Positions 20,696 to 30,867 of a stretch of DNA of 64,000 bases are shown here, one piece after another. The DNA comes from an uncultured Arcobacter sp. (GTDB lineage Bacteria > Campylobacterota > Campylobacteria > Campylobacterales > Arcobacteraceae), in the NCBI GenBank assembly GCA_965140705.1, contig OZ223300.1:1728001-1792000 (forward strand), given 5' to 3'. The position numbers and the translations under genes are program-made. The notes beneath the pieces were generated by a model that did not search any database, had not been told where the DNA came from, and saw nothing but the letters and a program-made list of their open reading frames with translations. Position 1 is the stretch's first letter; each line of letters begins with the position of its first letter.

Positions 20696-21175
20696 TTAAT
20701 AATTTTTTTCCAAGCTATTAAATATCTCATTTATTTGATTTATATCTTTGTGTTCATCAGTCATATAAATAATTTCAAAATTGTCTCCAAAAGACTCTTT
20801 TGTCCAGTTTGCACTTCCAAAAACTGCTATACTTTTATCAAACAAAGCCAGCTTTAAATGATTCTTTTTTTCTAATACTTTGTATTTAATACTACTATTT
20901 TTAATTAGTTTATTGATTTTATCACTTTTCTTAAGTTTAGCTTTATCTAGATATAAGTTTATTTTTACACCTCTTTTTGAGGCCTCTTTTAAGCTACTTA
21001 TAAGTTTATTATATGACAAATTATATATAGAAAGGTCTATTGAACTCTTAGCATTATCTATAAGTGAGATGATTTTTTCACTTGATATTTTTGCATCATT
21101 AGGTAAAAAATAAATTTTACTACTAGCAAAACTAGAAGAAAATATAAGAAATAAAACTAAAAAAATCTTACTCAT
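20696..21175 (-). CDS. Exported phospholipase D-family (Nuc-like) nuclease
   Basis: Single HKD motif HLKLALFD...GSANW; signal peptide if the start is ATG 21175. Confidence 0.85.
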   Translation of the reverse strand: MSKIFLVLFLIFSSSFASSKIYFLPNDAKISSEKIISLIDNAKSSIDLSIYNLSYNKLISSLKEASKRGVKINLYLDKAKLKKSDKINKLIKNSSIKYKVLEKKNHLKLALFDKSIAVFGSANWTKESFGDNFEIIYMTDEHKDINQINEIFNSLEKNY

Positions 21176-21536
21176 TTTTAAATACCTCAAACATTTCATC
21201 TGGTATTTTTGATGGCTTTTTATTTTTCAAATAGACAACTTTTACATCCATTTCAAATATAACTTTTTCATCTCTAATTATCTCTTGATGTAAAGTTAAT
21301 GATGCAGCTTTTTTTTCAATAAGTTTAGTTTTAATAAAAAGTTCATCTCCAAAAACTGCTGGACTTATATAGTTTGCTTCAAGTGATTTCACTACAAAAA
21401 ACTCACTCTCTTGATGGGGAGTTAATCCCTTTTGAAAAAACAACTCACTTCTAGCTCTTTCACAAAAGCTTAAATAATTTGAGTGATAAACAACCCCACC
21501 ACAATCTGTATCTTCATAATATACTCGTATTTTCAA
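21168..21536 (-). CDS. ybgC: YbgC-family acyl-CoA thioesterase
   Basis: RVYYEDTDCGGVVYHSNYLSFCERARSE. Confidence 0.9.
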   Translation of the reverse strand: MKIRVYYEDTDCGGVVYHSNYLSFCERARSELFFQKGLTPHQESEFFVVKSLEANYISPAVFGDELFIKTKLIEKKAASLTLHQEIIRDEKVIFEMDVKVVYLKNKKPSKIPDEMFEVFKNE

Positions 21537-21568
21537 TTTTATTTCCTTGTTTTATTTTCAATTATTAG

Positions 21569-23281
21569 TTATTTTTTCTGATCTTTTTCATGAAGTTCTT
21601 TGATTGTCTCGTAATCATTTTTTCTAAAGTAAGTTAAGATATCAATTACATCTTCTCTAGTTCTTCCAAGACCTAGTAAAGTCTCTGCTCCTAATCTTAG
21701 AGCACCTTCTGATGATACTGGCATTGCCCAAGATACTCCATGTTTAACTAATAAATCTCTTGTTTTCATATTTTTTGTTCTTGAAAGTATACGTAAATAT
21801 GGGTATTCATTTCTGATATGCGAAATGATTTTTGCTGCTGTATGATGATTTTCGATTGTAAGAATAACTGCTTTTGCTTTTTCTAAGCCTATTCTTGTAA
21901 TAAAATCCAAATCACTTAACTCTCCATAATATACAGCTCTTCCTTCTTTTTCACCTATCTCGACTCTTTTTGCATCTATATCAAAAGCTACAAAAGGGAT
22001 ATTTGCATAATCAAGCATAGTAGCTGTTAATCTTCCAACTTCTCCATATCCTGCGATAATTACACCTTCCCATTCTGTTTTAGGTACATATGCTGATTTT
22101 ATTTTTATAGGAGAGGTATCAAATTTTAGTGCAAGTTTTTCACTTAAATTTACAAGAATTGGGGTTAAAAGCATACTAAAAGAGATAATTGTTATACTTG
22201 CAACAAAAAGTTCATCACTTATTCCTCCAACTGCTTTCATGGCCCCAAATACTACAAAACCAAACTCTCCACTTTGTGCTAAAAGAAAAGATACTGATAT
22301 TGCAGTTGAGCGTTTATATCCCATGAAAATCATAAAAGCAAAGAGTGCTACAATTTTTATTGCCATAATAACTACCAAATGTTGCAATAAAACCAAAGGA
22401 TTATCTACCATAGCTTTTAAGTCTATAGACATACCAACTGCTACAAAAAACATAGCCATAAGTATCCCTTTATAAGGCTCAACATATGCTCTAATTTGAT
22501 AATGATATTTAGAGTTTGATAAAATCATCCCCATAATAAATGCACCAAGAGACATAGAAAGTCCAGAGTGTTCCATTAACCAAGCTGCAAAGACTACGGC
22601 TGCTATGACAAAAAAGAAAAAAGCATCTTTATTTTGATGCTTTGCCAAATAATCTAATAACTTTGGTACAACATATTTACCCAATAAAATTAAAGCTGCA
22701 ATTGAAGCAATTGCAATCAATACTTCTTTCCAAATTGATTCGGCTGATGTCACTTGATTTACTGCTACAATTGGAACTAAAGCTAATAGAGGAACTACTG
22801 CTAAATCTTGCATTAATAAAATAGAAAAGCTAGTTTGTCCCTCTGGAGTATGAGTTATCCCTTTGTCTTGTAATATTTGCATTACAAAAGCTGTTGAAGA
22901 AAGAGCAAAAGTGGGAGCAATAAGCAAAGCTATTTGCCAAGATTTTGCATAAAATACAGCATACAAAAATATAAAAAATCCTGAAAATAATATTTGTGCA
23001 CTTCCTAATCCAAAAACCTCTTTTCTCATACTCCAAAGTTTTTTAGGTTGCATTTCTAAACCAATAACAAAAAGTAAAAGTACTACTCCAAATTCTGCAA
23101 TATTACGAACAGAATCTACTTCTTTAGTCAAAATTGGCCCATATGAAAAAGGACCTACTATTATACCAGCTATTAATAAACCTAGGATACTACCAAGCCC
23201 CAGTCTTTTGGATAAAGTTACTAAAATTGTTGCTATAGTAAAAAGATATAGAAGTGAGCCTAATAAATGACCATTTGACAT
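21569..23281 (-). CDS. CPA2-family K+/H+ antiporter with a KTN domain (KefB/KefC-like)
   Basis: AEFGVVLLLFVIGLE, LSSTA, LLMQDL, QSGEFGFV; C-terminal IIAGYGEVGR. Confidence 0.92.
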   Translation of the reverse strand: MSNGHLLGSLLYLFTIATILVTLSKRLGLGSILGLLIAGIIVGPFSYGPILTKEVDSVRNIAEFGVVLLLFVIGLEMQPKKLWSMRKEVFGLGSAQILFSGFFIFLYAVFYAKSWQIALLIAPTFALSSTAFVMQILQDKGITHTPEGQTSFSILLMQDLAVVPLLALVPIVAVNQVTSAESIWKEVLIAIASIAALILLGKYVVPKLLDYLAKHQNKDAFFFFVIAAVVFAAWLMEHSGLSMSLGAFIMGMILSNSKYHYQIRAYVEPYKGILMAMFFVAVGMSIDLKAMVDNPLVLLQHLVVIMAIKIVALFAFMIFMGYKRSTAISVSFLLAQSGEFGFVVFGAMKAVGGISDELFVASITIISFSMLLTPILVNLSEKLALKFDTSPIKIKSAYVPKTEWEGVIIAGYGEVGRLTATMLDYANIPFVAFDIDAKRVEIGEKEGRAVYYGELSDLDFITRIGLEKAKAVILTIENHHTAAKIISHIRNEYPYLRILSRTKNMKTRDLLVKHGVSWAMPVSSEGALRLGAETLLGLGRTREDVIDILTYFRKNDYETIKELHEKDQKK

Positions 23282-23451
23282 TAACTTCCTTATTAAATTT
23301 CTAAATTAATTATTAAATTGAGGTATTGTATTATAAATAAAATAAGAAAAAGCATTGACTTTTAAGACATATATTACTTTTTTAGTATTTACTTCAAAAC
23401 AAATAACTAAGACATGATATAATATATGCTTAATTTTTTATAGGAGATTTT

Positions 23452-24600
23452 ATGGAAGACTTTAGTTATTGCAATCCAACTCAAGTAGAATTTGGAAAAG
23501 ACAAAGAAAAAAAAATTGGTGAATATATTATTTCAAAAGATGTTAAAAAAGTACTTATATGTTATGGAAGTGAAAGAATAAAAAAAGATGGTTTATTTGC
23601 CGTAGTAATAAATAGTTTAAAGGAAAAAGAAATCGATTATATTGATTTTGGAGGAATTATTAGTAACCCTACTTTGTCAAAAGTAAAAGAAGGTATAAAA
23701 ATTGCAAAAGAAAACTCTATAGATGGAATTTTAGCTGTTGGTGGAGGTTCTGTACTTGATAGTGCTAAAGCAATTGCAGTAGGAGCTTATTATGATGGTG
23801 AAGTTTGGGATTTCTTTTTAAAAAAAGAAGTTATAAAAAAAGCTTTACCGGTATTTGATATCATGACATTAGCAGCAACTGGAAGTGAAATGAATTGTTT
23901 TGCAGTAATTACAAATGAAGATACAGAAGAAAAATACTCAATCTTTTCTTCTCATATATACCCAAAAGTATCAGTTATAAATCCAAAGCTTATGCAATCA
24001 ATTTCAAAGAATTATTTAGTATATTCAGCAGCTGATATTATAGCTCATAGTATTGAAGGATACTTTACAGCAAGTTCTCAACCAACTTTTTTAAATAGAC
24101 AAATAGAATCTATAATAAAAACAGTTATAGAGACAACTGAGATTTTGATAAACAATCCAAAAGATGATAAAACAAGGGGTGAATTTGCATGGGCAGCAAC
24201 TAATGCCTTAAATGGTACTACTTTTTTAGGAACAGCTGGATATACCTTTCCTAATCACATGATTGAGCATACTTTATCTGCACTTCATAATGTGCCACAT
24301 GGAGCGGGTTTATCTGTAGTAATGCCAGCGTGGATGAAATGGTATTATAAAAGAAATGAAAACCAATTTACTAGATTTGCAAAAGAGATTTTTGGTTTAT
24401 CAACTGCAATTGAAGGCATTGAAGCCTTAGAAAATTGGTTTAATAAAATAGGAACTCCTACAAAATTAGGTCAATTAAATATAAAAGAGTCTGATTTAAG
24501 GAAAATCATAGAAAACACTAATAAAAGTGCAGAACATTTTGGCCTTGGCGATATATATACAAAAGAGGCATTAAATGAAATAATGTCTAATGCATTATAA
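23452..24600 (+). CDS. Iron-containing alcohol dehydrogenase (BdhA/YqhD-like)
   Basis: AVGGGSVLD, TLAATGSEMN, HMIEH, HGAGL. Confidence 0.93.
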   Translation: MEDFSYCNPTQVEFGKDKEKKIGEYIISKDVKKVLICYGSERIKKDGLFAVVINSLKEKEIDYIDFGGIISNPTLSKVKEGIKIAKENSIDGILAVGGGSVLDSAKAIAVGAYYDGEVWDFFLKKEVIKKALPVFDIMTLAATGSEMNCFAVITNEDTEEKYSIFSSHIYPKVSVINPKLMQSISKNYLVYSAADIIAHSIEGYFTASSQPTFLNRQIESIIKTVIETTEILINNPKDDKTRGEFAWAATNALNGTTFLGTAGYTFPNHMIEHTLSALHNVPHGAGLSVVMPAWMKWYYKRNENQFTRFAKEIFGLSTAIEGIEALENWFNKIGTPTKLGQLNIKESDLRKIIENTNKSAEHFGLGDIYTKEALNEIMSNAL

Positions 24601-24606
24601 AAAAGG

Positions 24607-24628
24607 GGAAGGGATAACATTCCTTTCC
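24607..24628. terminator. Hairpin between convergent genes
   Basis: GGAAGGGA-taacat-TCCTTTCC (one G-U pair on the + strand), with an A-run a few bases to the left. Confidence 0.5.
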
Positions 24629-24689
24629 AAGATTTTCACAGAAATACTTTTAATTAAATTGAGTTAATAATTTTTTGAGTTGAAGTAGA

Positions 24690-24893
24690 CTATAAGTCTA
24701 GCTTAATAGTGTTGTCTTTTAAGATTTTGTATTTGATACTATTTTCGTGTAATACATTGATGATTTTTTTTACTTCATCAACAAGTGAATTAAGATCAGT
24801 TTTGAAATAGTTACTGATTTGAAAACATTTTTTCGCGTAGCTGTATTTATAGATGTCACAGTCTAAAAATTCTAAGATTTTTTTGTCTAACAT
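24690..24893 (-). CDS. Small hypothetical protein (67 aa)
   Basis: ATG preceded by AAGGAG; fills otherwise empty intergenic space. Confidence 0.65.
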   Translation of the reverse strand: MLDKKILEFLDCDIYKYSYAKKCFQISNYFKTDLNSLVDEVKKIINVLHENSIKYKILKDNTIKLDL

Positions 24894-25050
24894 GAATAAC
24901 TCCTTTTTTGATTTTTTATAATTTAATTTTATAACAAAAATAAAAAGAAATCAACTTTTTTAAGCAAAATTCAAGATATATTTTGGTTTTTATATTTATA
25001 TTCTGTTAATAATATAGAAGTTACTTATAAAAGTACATTTTTAATACATA

Positions 25051-25099
25051 ATTTAACCTTTTTTGATATTTTTCTTTATAAATACCAAAAAGGTTAAAT
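25051..25099. terminator. 13-bp perfect inverted repeat downstream of the MCP gene
   Basis: ATTTAACCTTTTT (25051-25063) / AAAAAGGTTAAAT (25087-25099); could be a terminator or an operator. Confidence 0.45.
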
Positions 25100-25113
25100 A
25101 TTATTTTTTTGGT

Positions 25114-27657
25114 CTAATTATTTTTACAAGTTTCTTCTCTTATAGTATTAAGTGTTTCAAATACTATATTAATATTATTTTCTACTGATTCAGTTACTTC
25201 AAAGATTTCATCATTAGATGCACCTTTAGCATATAGGTCTACTGTTTTTTGTACAAGTTCATGGACATTTTTATGAGCGATTTTTAAATTATTCCAATCT
25301 TTCGTCTGACTAAAAGAAGTATTTTCTTGTTTGTCAATCCATTCTCCAAGCTTACATTCATGACCTGTTTTAACTTTAAAGTTATTACCTTTTCTACACT
25401 CAGAAAAATTAAGATTTTTAAATACTAAGTGGTCAGATTTCAATTTATTTACATCAAAAATAAGATTTTCATCACAAATTCTTTTACTTGCATTTTTATC
25501 AAAACTAGTTCTATTGATAGCATTTTGTAACTGTGAAGCAAGATCTGATGTTACATTTGACATCTCATTTATAGAGGTTGCTAAAGCTGCATTTTGTTGT
25601 GTTGCTTGATCTAAAGAGTTAACAGTATCACTTATTTGACTCATTGCTGATTCTTGCTCTTTTGTTGCAGTTGCCACATCTTCAATAAGTTCTATTGTAT
25701 AAGTTATACTCTCATTTAATTGATTATACCCTGTAATCATTTGATTTGAGATATCTTTACTTTGACTTGCTTTTAAATTTGCATCTTCCACTAAAGTTTT
25801 TATCTCACGTGCTGCTTCTGCACTTCTTGAAGCTAGATTTCTAACCTCTTGGGCAACTACTGCAAAACCTTTTCCAGCTTCACCTGCAGTTGCTGCTTCC
25901 ACTGCTGCATTAAGACTTAAAATATTTGTTTGAAAAGCTATTTGGTCGATTATAGAAATTGATTCATTAATTGCACTTACTTTAGAACTTAACTCTTCCA
26001 TTGCAGCAGCTGTTTTAAAAGCAAGTTGTTTTCCATTCTCATTTGATTCACTTACATTTTTTGTATATTGAGACATTTTAGTTGCTGTTTCACTACTACT
26101 TTGAATAGTTGAAGATATCTCTTGAATAGCAGCTGCTGTCTCTTCTAAAGAAGCTGCTTGTTCATTTGAAGAAGTACTAAGTTTACTTGATGCACTTGAT
26201 AATTCAAAAGCACTTGATGTTAATTTATTATTTGCATTATCAATTAAACACATTACTTCATTGATTGTTGATTGAGTTACTTTTATACCATCAAAAATAG
26301 AACTAAGAGTTCCTGTTAATTTTACATCTGGTATTTTTGAATCATAATTTGCATGTGAAAGGTCAATCAAAACATCAGAAACCATCAATAAATTAGTTTG
26401 AAATACACCAATCATTGAGTTTACTTCATCTACAAGTTTATTAACTGATGTTGAGTGAGCTTTTGTTAATACTCTCTCATTTAATAAACCTCTATTAACT
26501 TTTTCGATGATTAAATTAGTTTCATCGATTACTTTAATATCAAGTTTGTTACCCCTATCTAAATCGTCTAAATAGTTATTGAAACTAGTTACAACACTTC
26601 CAATTTCATCATTTGATTTAACTTCTATTCTTGTTGTTTCATTTGTTGTATGATTAACTAAACTATCAATAGAATCTTTTAAATCTTTTATTGGAGATAA
26701 AACTGTTCGTCGTAGAGTAAAAAAACTTCCTATCATTGATAAAACTAAAGCTATCAATAATAAAGCTAAAGCTTGCCAAATAATTTCAGAAGCTCCGTTT
26801 ATTGATATATTAACTATGTCATGTTTTCTACCAAGTAAAGCTATTCCTAAATTTTTTCCTTTGAAGTCCTTGATATAACTAAAAGTAAAAAAATACTTTG
26901 TATCTTCAGAATAACCATTTTTAAGAAGTTTAGCAAAATTTATATTTTTTGCATCATCATAAAAATCTTCATTTATAAACTTTTGAGAAACTATATAATT
27001 ATCTAGTTTTTTTAATTTAGAAGTATCTGCAACTGCTAAATTTGAATCCATAAGTAAAATAAAAGCATCCCCATTTTTATCAAAAGATTTTGCAACAGAA
27101 TTAATTCCTTGCATAAACTCCAATGAACCAACATGTTCATTATCTTTTGTAAAAATAGGAACAACTGATCTTATACTTAGACCAGCTTTCCCTACTTCTA
27201 GTGTATTTACAACTTTTTTATCTTTATTTACTTCTACTACACTATCTCTAAAAGATGATAAATCATCTCCAAACTTATCTGGAACCCATGATCTTAAAAA
27301 AGACTTATTATCTTTTGTATGAATATGCACCTTTATATTTTTAAAAGGTGTTGATTCTTTCATTCTTTTTGATAAACTTGATAAGGCATTTATGGCTAAT
27401 TCTCGATTATTATCAACAAGTGCTTTTTGAATCATGGAATCATTTGCGATTGATATCGCATTTGAAATACCAACTTCTAACTTTCCTTCAATTTTTAAGT
27501 CAGATGTTTTTCTTAGTTCAGTTATATTTTTATTTATAACATCATTTTTTATATAATTTTTCTTTATATCTAAAATAAAAAAACTAACCACAAGCATGAA
27601 AATAGCAAGTAATATAGTCATAAATAAGAATTTTTTTGAAATTGTTAAATTATTCAT
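25114..27657 (-). CDS. Methyl-accepting chemotaxis protein (Cache-HAMP-MA-CZB)
   Basis: [30 protein letters not shown]; periplasmic SFLRSW Cache domain; C-terminal SDH...HECKLGEW...H..VH (CZB). Confidence 0.95.
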   Translation of the reverse strand: MNNLTISKKFLFMTILLAIFMLVVSFFILDIKKNYIKNDVINKNITELRKTSDLKIEGKLEVGISNAISIANDSMIQKALVDNNRELAINALSSLSKRMKESTPFKNIKVHIHTKDNKSFLRSWVPDKFGDDLSSFRDSVVEVNKDKKVVNTLEVGKAGLSIRSVVPIFTKDNEHVGSLEFMQGINSVAKSFDKNGDAFILLMDSNLAVADTSKLKKLDNYIVSQKFINEDFYDDAKNINFAKLLKNGYSEDTKYFFTFSYIKDFKGKNLGIALLGRKHDIVNISINGASEIIWQALALLLIALVLSMIGSFFTLRRTVLSPIKDLKDSIDSLVNHTTNETTRIEVKSNDEIGSVVTSFNNYLDDLDRGNKLDIKVIDETNLIIEKVNRGLLNERVLTKAHSTSVNKLVDEVNSMIGVFQTNLLMVSDVLIDLSHANYDSKIPDVKLTGTLSSIFDGIKVTQSTINEVMCLIDNANNKLTSSAFELSSASSKLSTSSNEQAASLEETAAAIQEISSTIQSSSETATKMSQYTKNVSESNENGKQLAFKTAAAMEELSSKVSAINESISIIDQIAFQTNILSLNAAVEAATAGEAGKGFAVVAQEVRNLASRSAEAAREIKTLVEDANLKASQSKDISNQMITGYNQLNESITYTIELIEDVATATKEQESAMSQISDTVNSLDQATQQNAALATSINEMSNVTSDLASQLQNAINRTSFDKNASKRICDENLIFDVNKLKSDHLVFKNLNFSECRKGNNFKVKTGHECKLGEWIDKQENTSFSQTKDWNNLKIAHKNVHELVQKTVDLYAKGASNDEIFEVTESVENNINIVFETLNTIREETCKNN

Positions 27658-27687
27658 AAGGGTACTCTCCTAAAATTATTAATTTAG

Positions 27688-27716
27688 ATTGTACCCATTG
27701 TAATAATAATTATTAC
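27688..27716 (-). promoter_or_regulatory. MCP promoter: -10 TACAAT plus a Fur-like 7-1-7 palindrome
   Basis: Minus-strand ggTACAAT (hexamer 27693-27688); GTAATAAT-A-ATTATTAC at 27700-27716. Confidence 0.5.
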
Positions 27717-27789
27717 TTATAATATTAGTTAATAATTATAATTTATTAAAAACTTTCTAAGTCTTTTTTAATAGTAATTTCTTATATTA

Positions 27790-28809
27790 TTATCCCATTG
27801 GGTACAAAATATTATTTTGTATTGTTTTGATTTCTTCCAAAGTATTATTATCCAAAGTAATATCTAATGCTTTTAAAGAATCATCTAATTGTACTAATTC
27901 TCTTGCTCCTATTATGGTTGAGGCAACAAAGTCATGTTGTTTTGACCAAGCAACTGCAAGTGTCACAGGGCTCATACCAAGTTTTTTTGCTAAATCCATA
28001 TATTTAGCTGTAGCTGCCATTGTTTTGTCATTTACAAATCTATTTGCCATTGCTTGTACTCTTTTATTCTTATTTTGAATATATGAAGAGAATCTAGCAC
28101 CTTCAGGGTAAAATCCTGCATTATACTTACCACTTAGAACTCCACCAGCCATTGGAGAATATGGAAGTAATGAGATTTGTTCTTTTCTACAAATCGTACT
28201 AAGTTCATCTAAAAATCTTGGATTTAGAAGAGAAAAGTTATTTTGAATTGACTCGAATCTTGCTAAATTATTATATTTTGAAGCTTCATTTGCTTTTGTT
28301 AAACCATAAGCACTATCATTTGAAGTTCCTATATATCTTACTTTCCCTTCTTTAACTAACTCATCAAAAGCTTTTAAAGACTCTTCAATAGGTACAATAG
28401 TATCAGGCCAATGCATTTGATAAAGATCTATATAATCAGTTTGAAGTCTTCTTAAACTTCCTTCTATAGCTCTTTTGATATGAAAAGAATCAATTGCAGT
28501 TAATCCATGTCTTGTAGGTGGTACAAACCATCCAGAAGCTGCTCCTGCAACTTTTGAAGCTAATATAACAGAATCTCTAGGTTTTGTTTTTAACCATTCG
28601 CCAACTATCTCTTCAGTCAATCCTCCTAAATCAGCAGTTGGTGGAACTGGATATATTTCTGCTGTATCAAAAAAATTAATTCCTCTATCATAGGCTTTAT
28701 CTAGTATTTTAAATGCCTCTTCTTTTGTAGTTGTTGTTCCAAATGTCATAGTTCCTAAGCATATATCAGTAACTCTTAATCCTGTTTTTCCTATATATTT
28801 ATAATTCAT
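27790..28809 (-). CDS. Aldo/keto reductase (Tas-like)
   Basis: ICLGTMTFG, FFDTAEIYPVP, DYIDLYQMHWP, YSPMAGGVLSGKY. Confidence 0.93.
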   Translation of the reverse strand: MNYKYIGKTGLRVTDICLGTMTFGTTTTKEEAFKILDKAYDRGINFFDTAEIYPVPPTADLGGLTEEIVGEWLKTKPRDSVILASKVAGAASGWFVPPTRHGLTAIDSFHIKRAIEGSLRRLQTDYIDLYQMHWPDTIVPIEESLKAFDELVKEGKVRYIGTSNDSAYGLTKANEASKYNNLARFESIQNNFSLLNPRFLDELSTICRKEQISLLPYSPMAGGVLSGKYNAGFYPEGARFSSYIQNKNKRVQAMANRFVNDKTMAATAKYMDLAKKLGMSPVTLAVAWSKQHDFVASTIIGARELVQLDDSLKALDITLDNNTLEEIKTIQNNILYPMG

Positions 28810-28860
28810 TGTAATACCTTTTAAAATTTATTAAAATCTATTATATTACCATTAAAATTA

Positions 28861-29832
28861 CTATTCCATTATATATATCTCATTTTTAAAAATATGCTTA
28901 ATAGTATTTACTGCTACAATAGCCACTACAAAGGTCGTACAGAAAATAAAAAAATATGCTAAATAAAAATAAATAATCTCTTCATTTATAGAATACATCA
29001 ATAATGTAGCTAATGTCATAGATGTTAAGGGAAAAGTAAATGCCCACCATGACAAAAAAAACTTTATTTTCAAAAAGTTTTTATACATAAAAAATAATAA
29101 CAAAGTAAAAAACAATCCTAAATTAAACAATAAAAGGGAAAAAGTATCTATACTCTTAGTCAATTCAAAGTATGACAAAAGACCTACAGAAGGAGGAGCT
29201 ATAAGAATAAATAGAGTTGGCATAAATTTTTGAGCAAATTGATCATGAAAGATAATTCTATTTAATATTATAGAAAATATAATTATCCAAAAAAAGATTC
29301 CTATAGAAAAAAAGTACATCAAAACATTGTTACTTAAAAAATCAACTCCAGCAATAGGAATAACAAGATTACCTACAATGGGAATAAACCATGAAGGATT
29401 TGATTGCTGTATATTTAAAGATGTATTTATCCAAAAGATAAAGGTATTAAATGTAAAAAATAGTTGTAATACTGTACCTATAGTAAATAAACTATGAGAT
29501 ATTTGAATATTTAAAGGTTTAAATAACATCGATACAAGAATAAAAGATATAGAAATAGCTGCAAAAAAGTTTATTTTTATAGGATGGGAAAACTCTTCTT
29601 TTACTTCTTCATGATATTTTATCATTTTAATGAAATATGTTATTAATATTACAAAAAAAATAAATATTGTAAAATAAGAGAGTAGATTATAAAATAATTT
29701 ATTTGTCTCAAAAATCTCATATGCTTTACCATAAACTAGGCTCAAACCAGCCAATCCCATTATAATTGTAAACATTGTTACAGGAAATGACTTTAACCTA
29801 TTTGGAACGAGTTTTATAGTTTCATTATTCAT
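28861..29832 (-). CDS. TDT/SLAC1-family anion channel (TehA-like)
   Basis: MGLAGL, PSWFIPIVGN, PTLFILIAPP, SWWAFTFP. Confidence 0.9.
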   Translation of the reverse strand: MNNETIKLVPNRLKSFPVTMFTIIMGLAGLSLVYGKAYEIFETNKLFYNLLSYFTIFIFFVILITYFIKMIKYHEEVKEEFSHPIKINFFAAISISFILVSMLFKPLNIQISHSLFTIGTVLQLFFTFNTFIFWINTSLNIQQSNPSWFIPIVGNLVIPIAGVDFLSNNVLMYFFSIGIFFWIIIFSIILNRIIFHDQFAQKFMPTLFILIAPPSVGLLSYFELTKSIDTFSLLLFNLGLFFTLLLFFMYKNFLKIKFFLSWWAFTFPLTSMTLATLLMYSINEEIIYFYLAYFFIFCTTFVVAIVAVNTIKHIFKNEIYIME

Positions 29833-29863
29833 TTTTTGCTACTCTCCTTTTAAAGGAATATTT

Positions 29864-30076
29864 GTGGCAAAGAAAAAAGAGATAATAGATTTTAGAAATA
29901 AGAATATAACTTATACTCTTGAAGGTATAACTTACAAAGTTTTATTTCTAAATAAAGCTAATATGAATGTTGAACTCTCTTGTTTTGAAAAAGATAAATT
30001 TACACAAAACAAAACACTCCCTTTTGCACATCTTCCAAAATCTGTTAAATCTTTAATTAAACCAAATAATAATTAA
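29864..30076 (+). CDS. Small hypothetical protein (70 aa)
   Basis: GTG start with an AAGGA SD; C-terminal PFAHLPKSVKSLIKP. Confidence 0.7.
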   Translation: MAKKKEIIDFRNKNITYTLEGITYKVLFLNKANMNVELSCFEKDKFTQNKTLPFAHLPKSVKSLIKPNNN

Positions 30077-30129
30077 TTATATTATATTTTTAATATAATT
30101 ACAAGTTTAATAGAAATAATTATTTAGTT

Positions 30130-30867
30130 TTAAAATAAAAAAGCAATTATTAGGAAAATTTCGGTTAGTTCTAGTATGCTACCTAGTGCATCACCATTTA
30201 AAAAACCAACATTTTTCTTTATAAATAATGCAATTAAATATGAAAAAATCAAAGCAAAGAGAGTGAAGAATAGAGCTTTGAAACCTACAAGTACAATATT
30301 TGCTAAAGTAAAAACCAAAAGTGCGATTAAAAAAATATTTGTAGAGAGTGAGTCTTTAAGTTGATTTACAAATGAAGATTTAAATTCAAAATTTTTAATC
30401 ACAAATAAAAGCATCAATCTACTTATGACTATAATTGATACGAACTCTAGAAGATAGCCATTTAAAAACAGATATACAATTCCCGCAATTTTTAAAGTAA
30501 AAAAAGCAAAAGCATACAAAACTCCCATAGCTCCAATAGTTGACTCTTTGATAACTTCATAGGCATCTTTCCCACTATGTTTTGCATATATAGCATCTAT
30601 CACATCAATTATAGCTTCGGTATGAATAAAGCCATAAAGAATCATATAAGATACAGCACATATAATAGCTCCAAACCAAGATAAATCAGCTAAAAAATGG
30701 TATAAAACAAGAGTAATAAAACCAAGTATTAATCCAAGCAAAGGAAGAGAAAAAAGCATAAAAGATAAAATCTCTTTTTTTGATAAGTCATCATCTTCTT
30801 TAAACTTCACAGGAAGTATTGTAAAGTAACTAAGAGCAAATTTAAAGCCTAAGATAAAATTATTCAT
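30130..30867 (-). CDS. cobS: Cobalamin synthase (adenosylcobinamide-GDP ribazoletransferase)
   Basis: ALSYFTILP, GFIHTEAIIDVIDA, STIGAMG, GFLNGDALG. Confidence 0.92.
   Translation of the reverse strand: MNNFILGFKFALSYFTILPVKFKEDDDLSKKEILSFMLFSLPLLGLILGFITLVLYHFLADLSWFGAIICAVSYMILYGFIHTEAIIDVIDAIYAKHSGKDAYEVIKESTIGAMGVLYAFAFFTLKIAGIVYLFLNGYLLEFVSIIVISRLMLLFVIKNFEFKSSFVNQLKDSLSTNIFLIALLVFTLANIVLVGFKALFFTLFALIFSYLIALFIKKNVGFLNGDALGSILELTEIFLIIAFLF

Noticed and set aside
18134..21175. RmuC plus PLD nuclease as an anti-phage defence island
   Set aside because: Both sit among housekeeping genes, the PLD protein has a signal peptide, and there are no helicase, methylase or mobility genes.
27689..27807. 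9-bp inverted repeat TTGTACCCA / TGGGTACAA about 100 bp apart, as possible MITE or invertible-element ends
   Set aside because: One arm is coding sequence of the aldo/keto reductase and the other is the MCP -10; there is no target duplication or recombinase.
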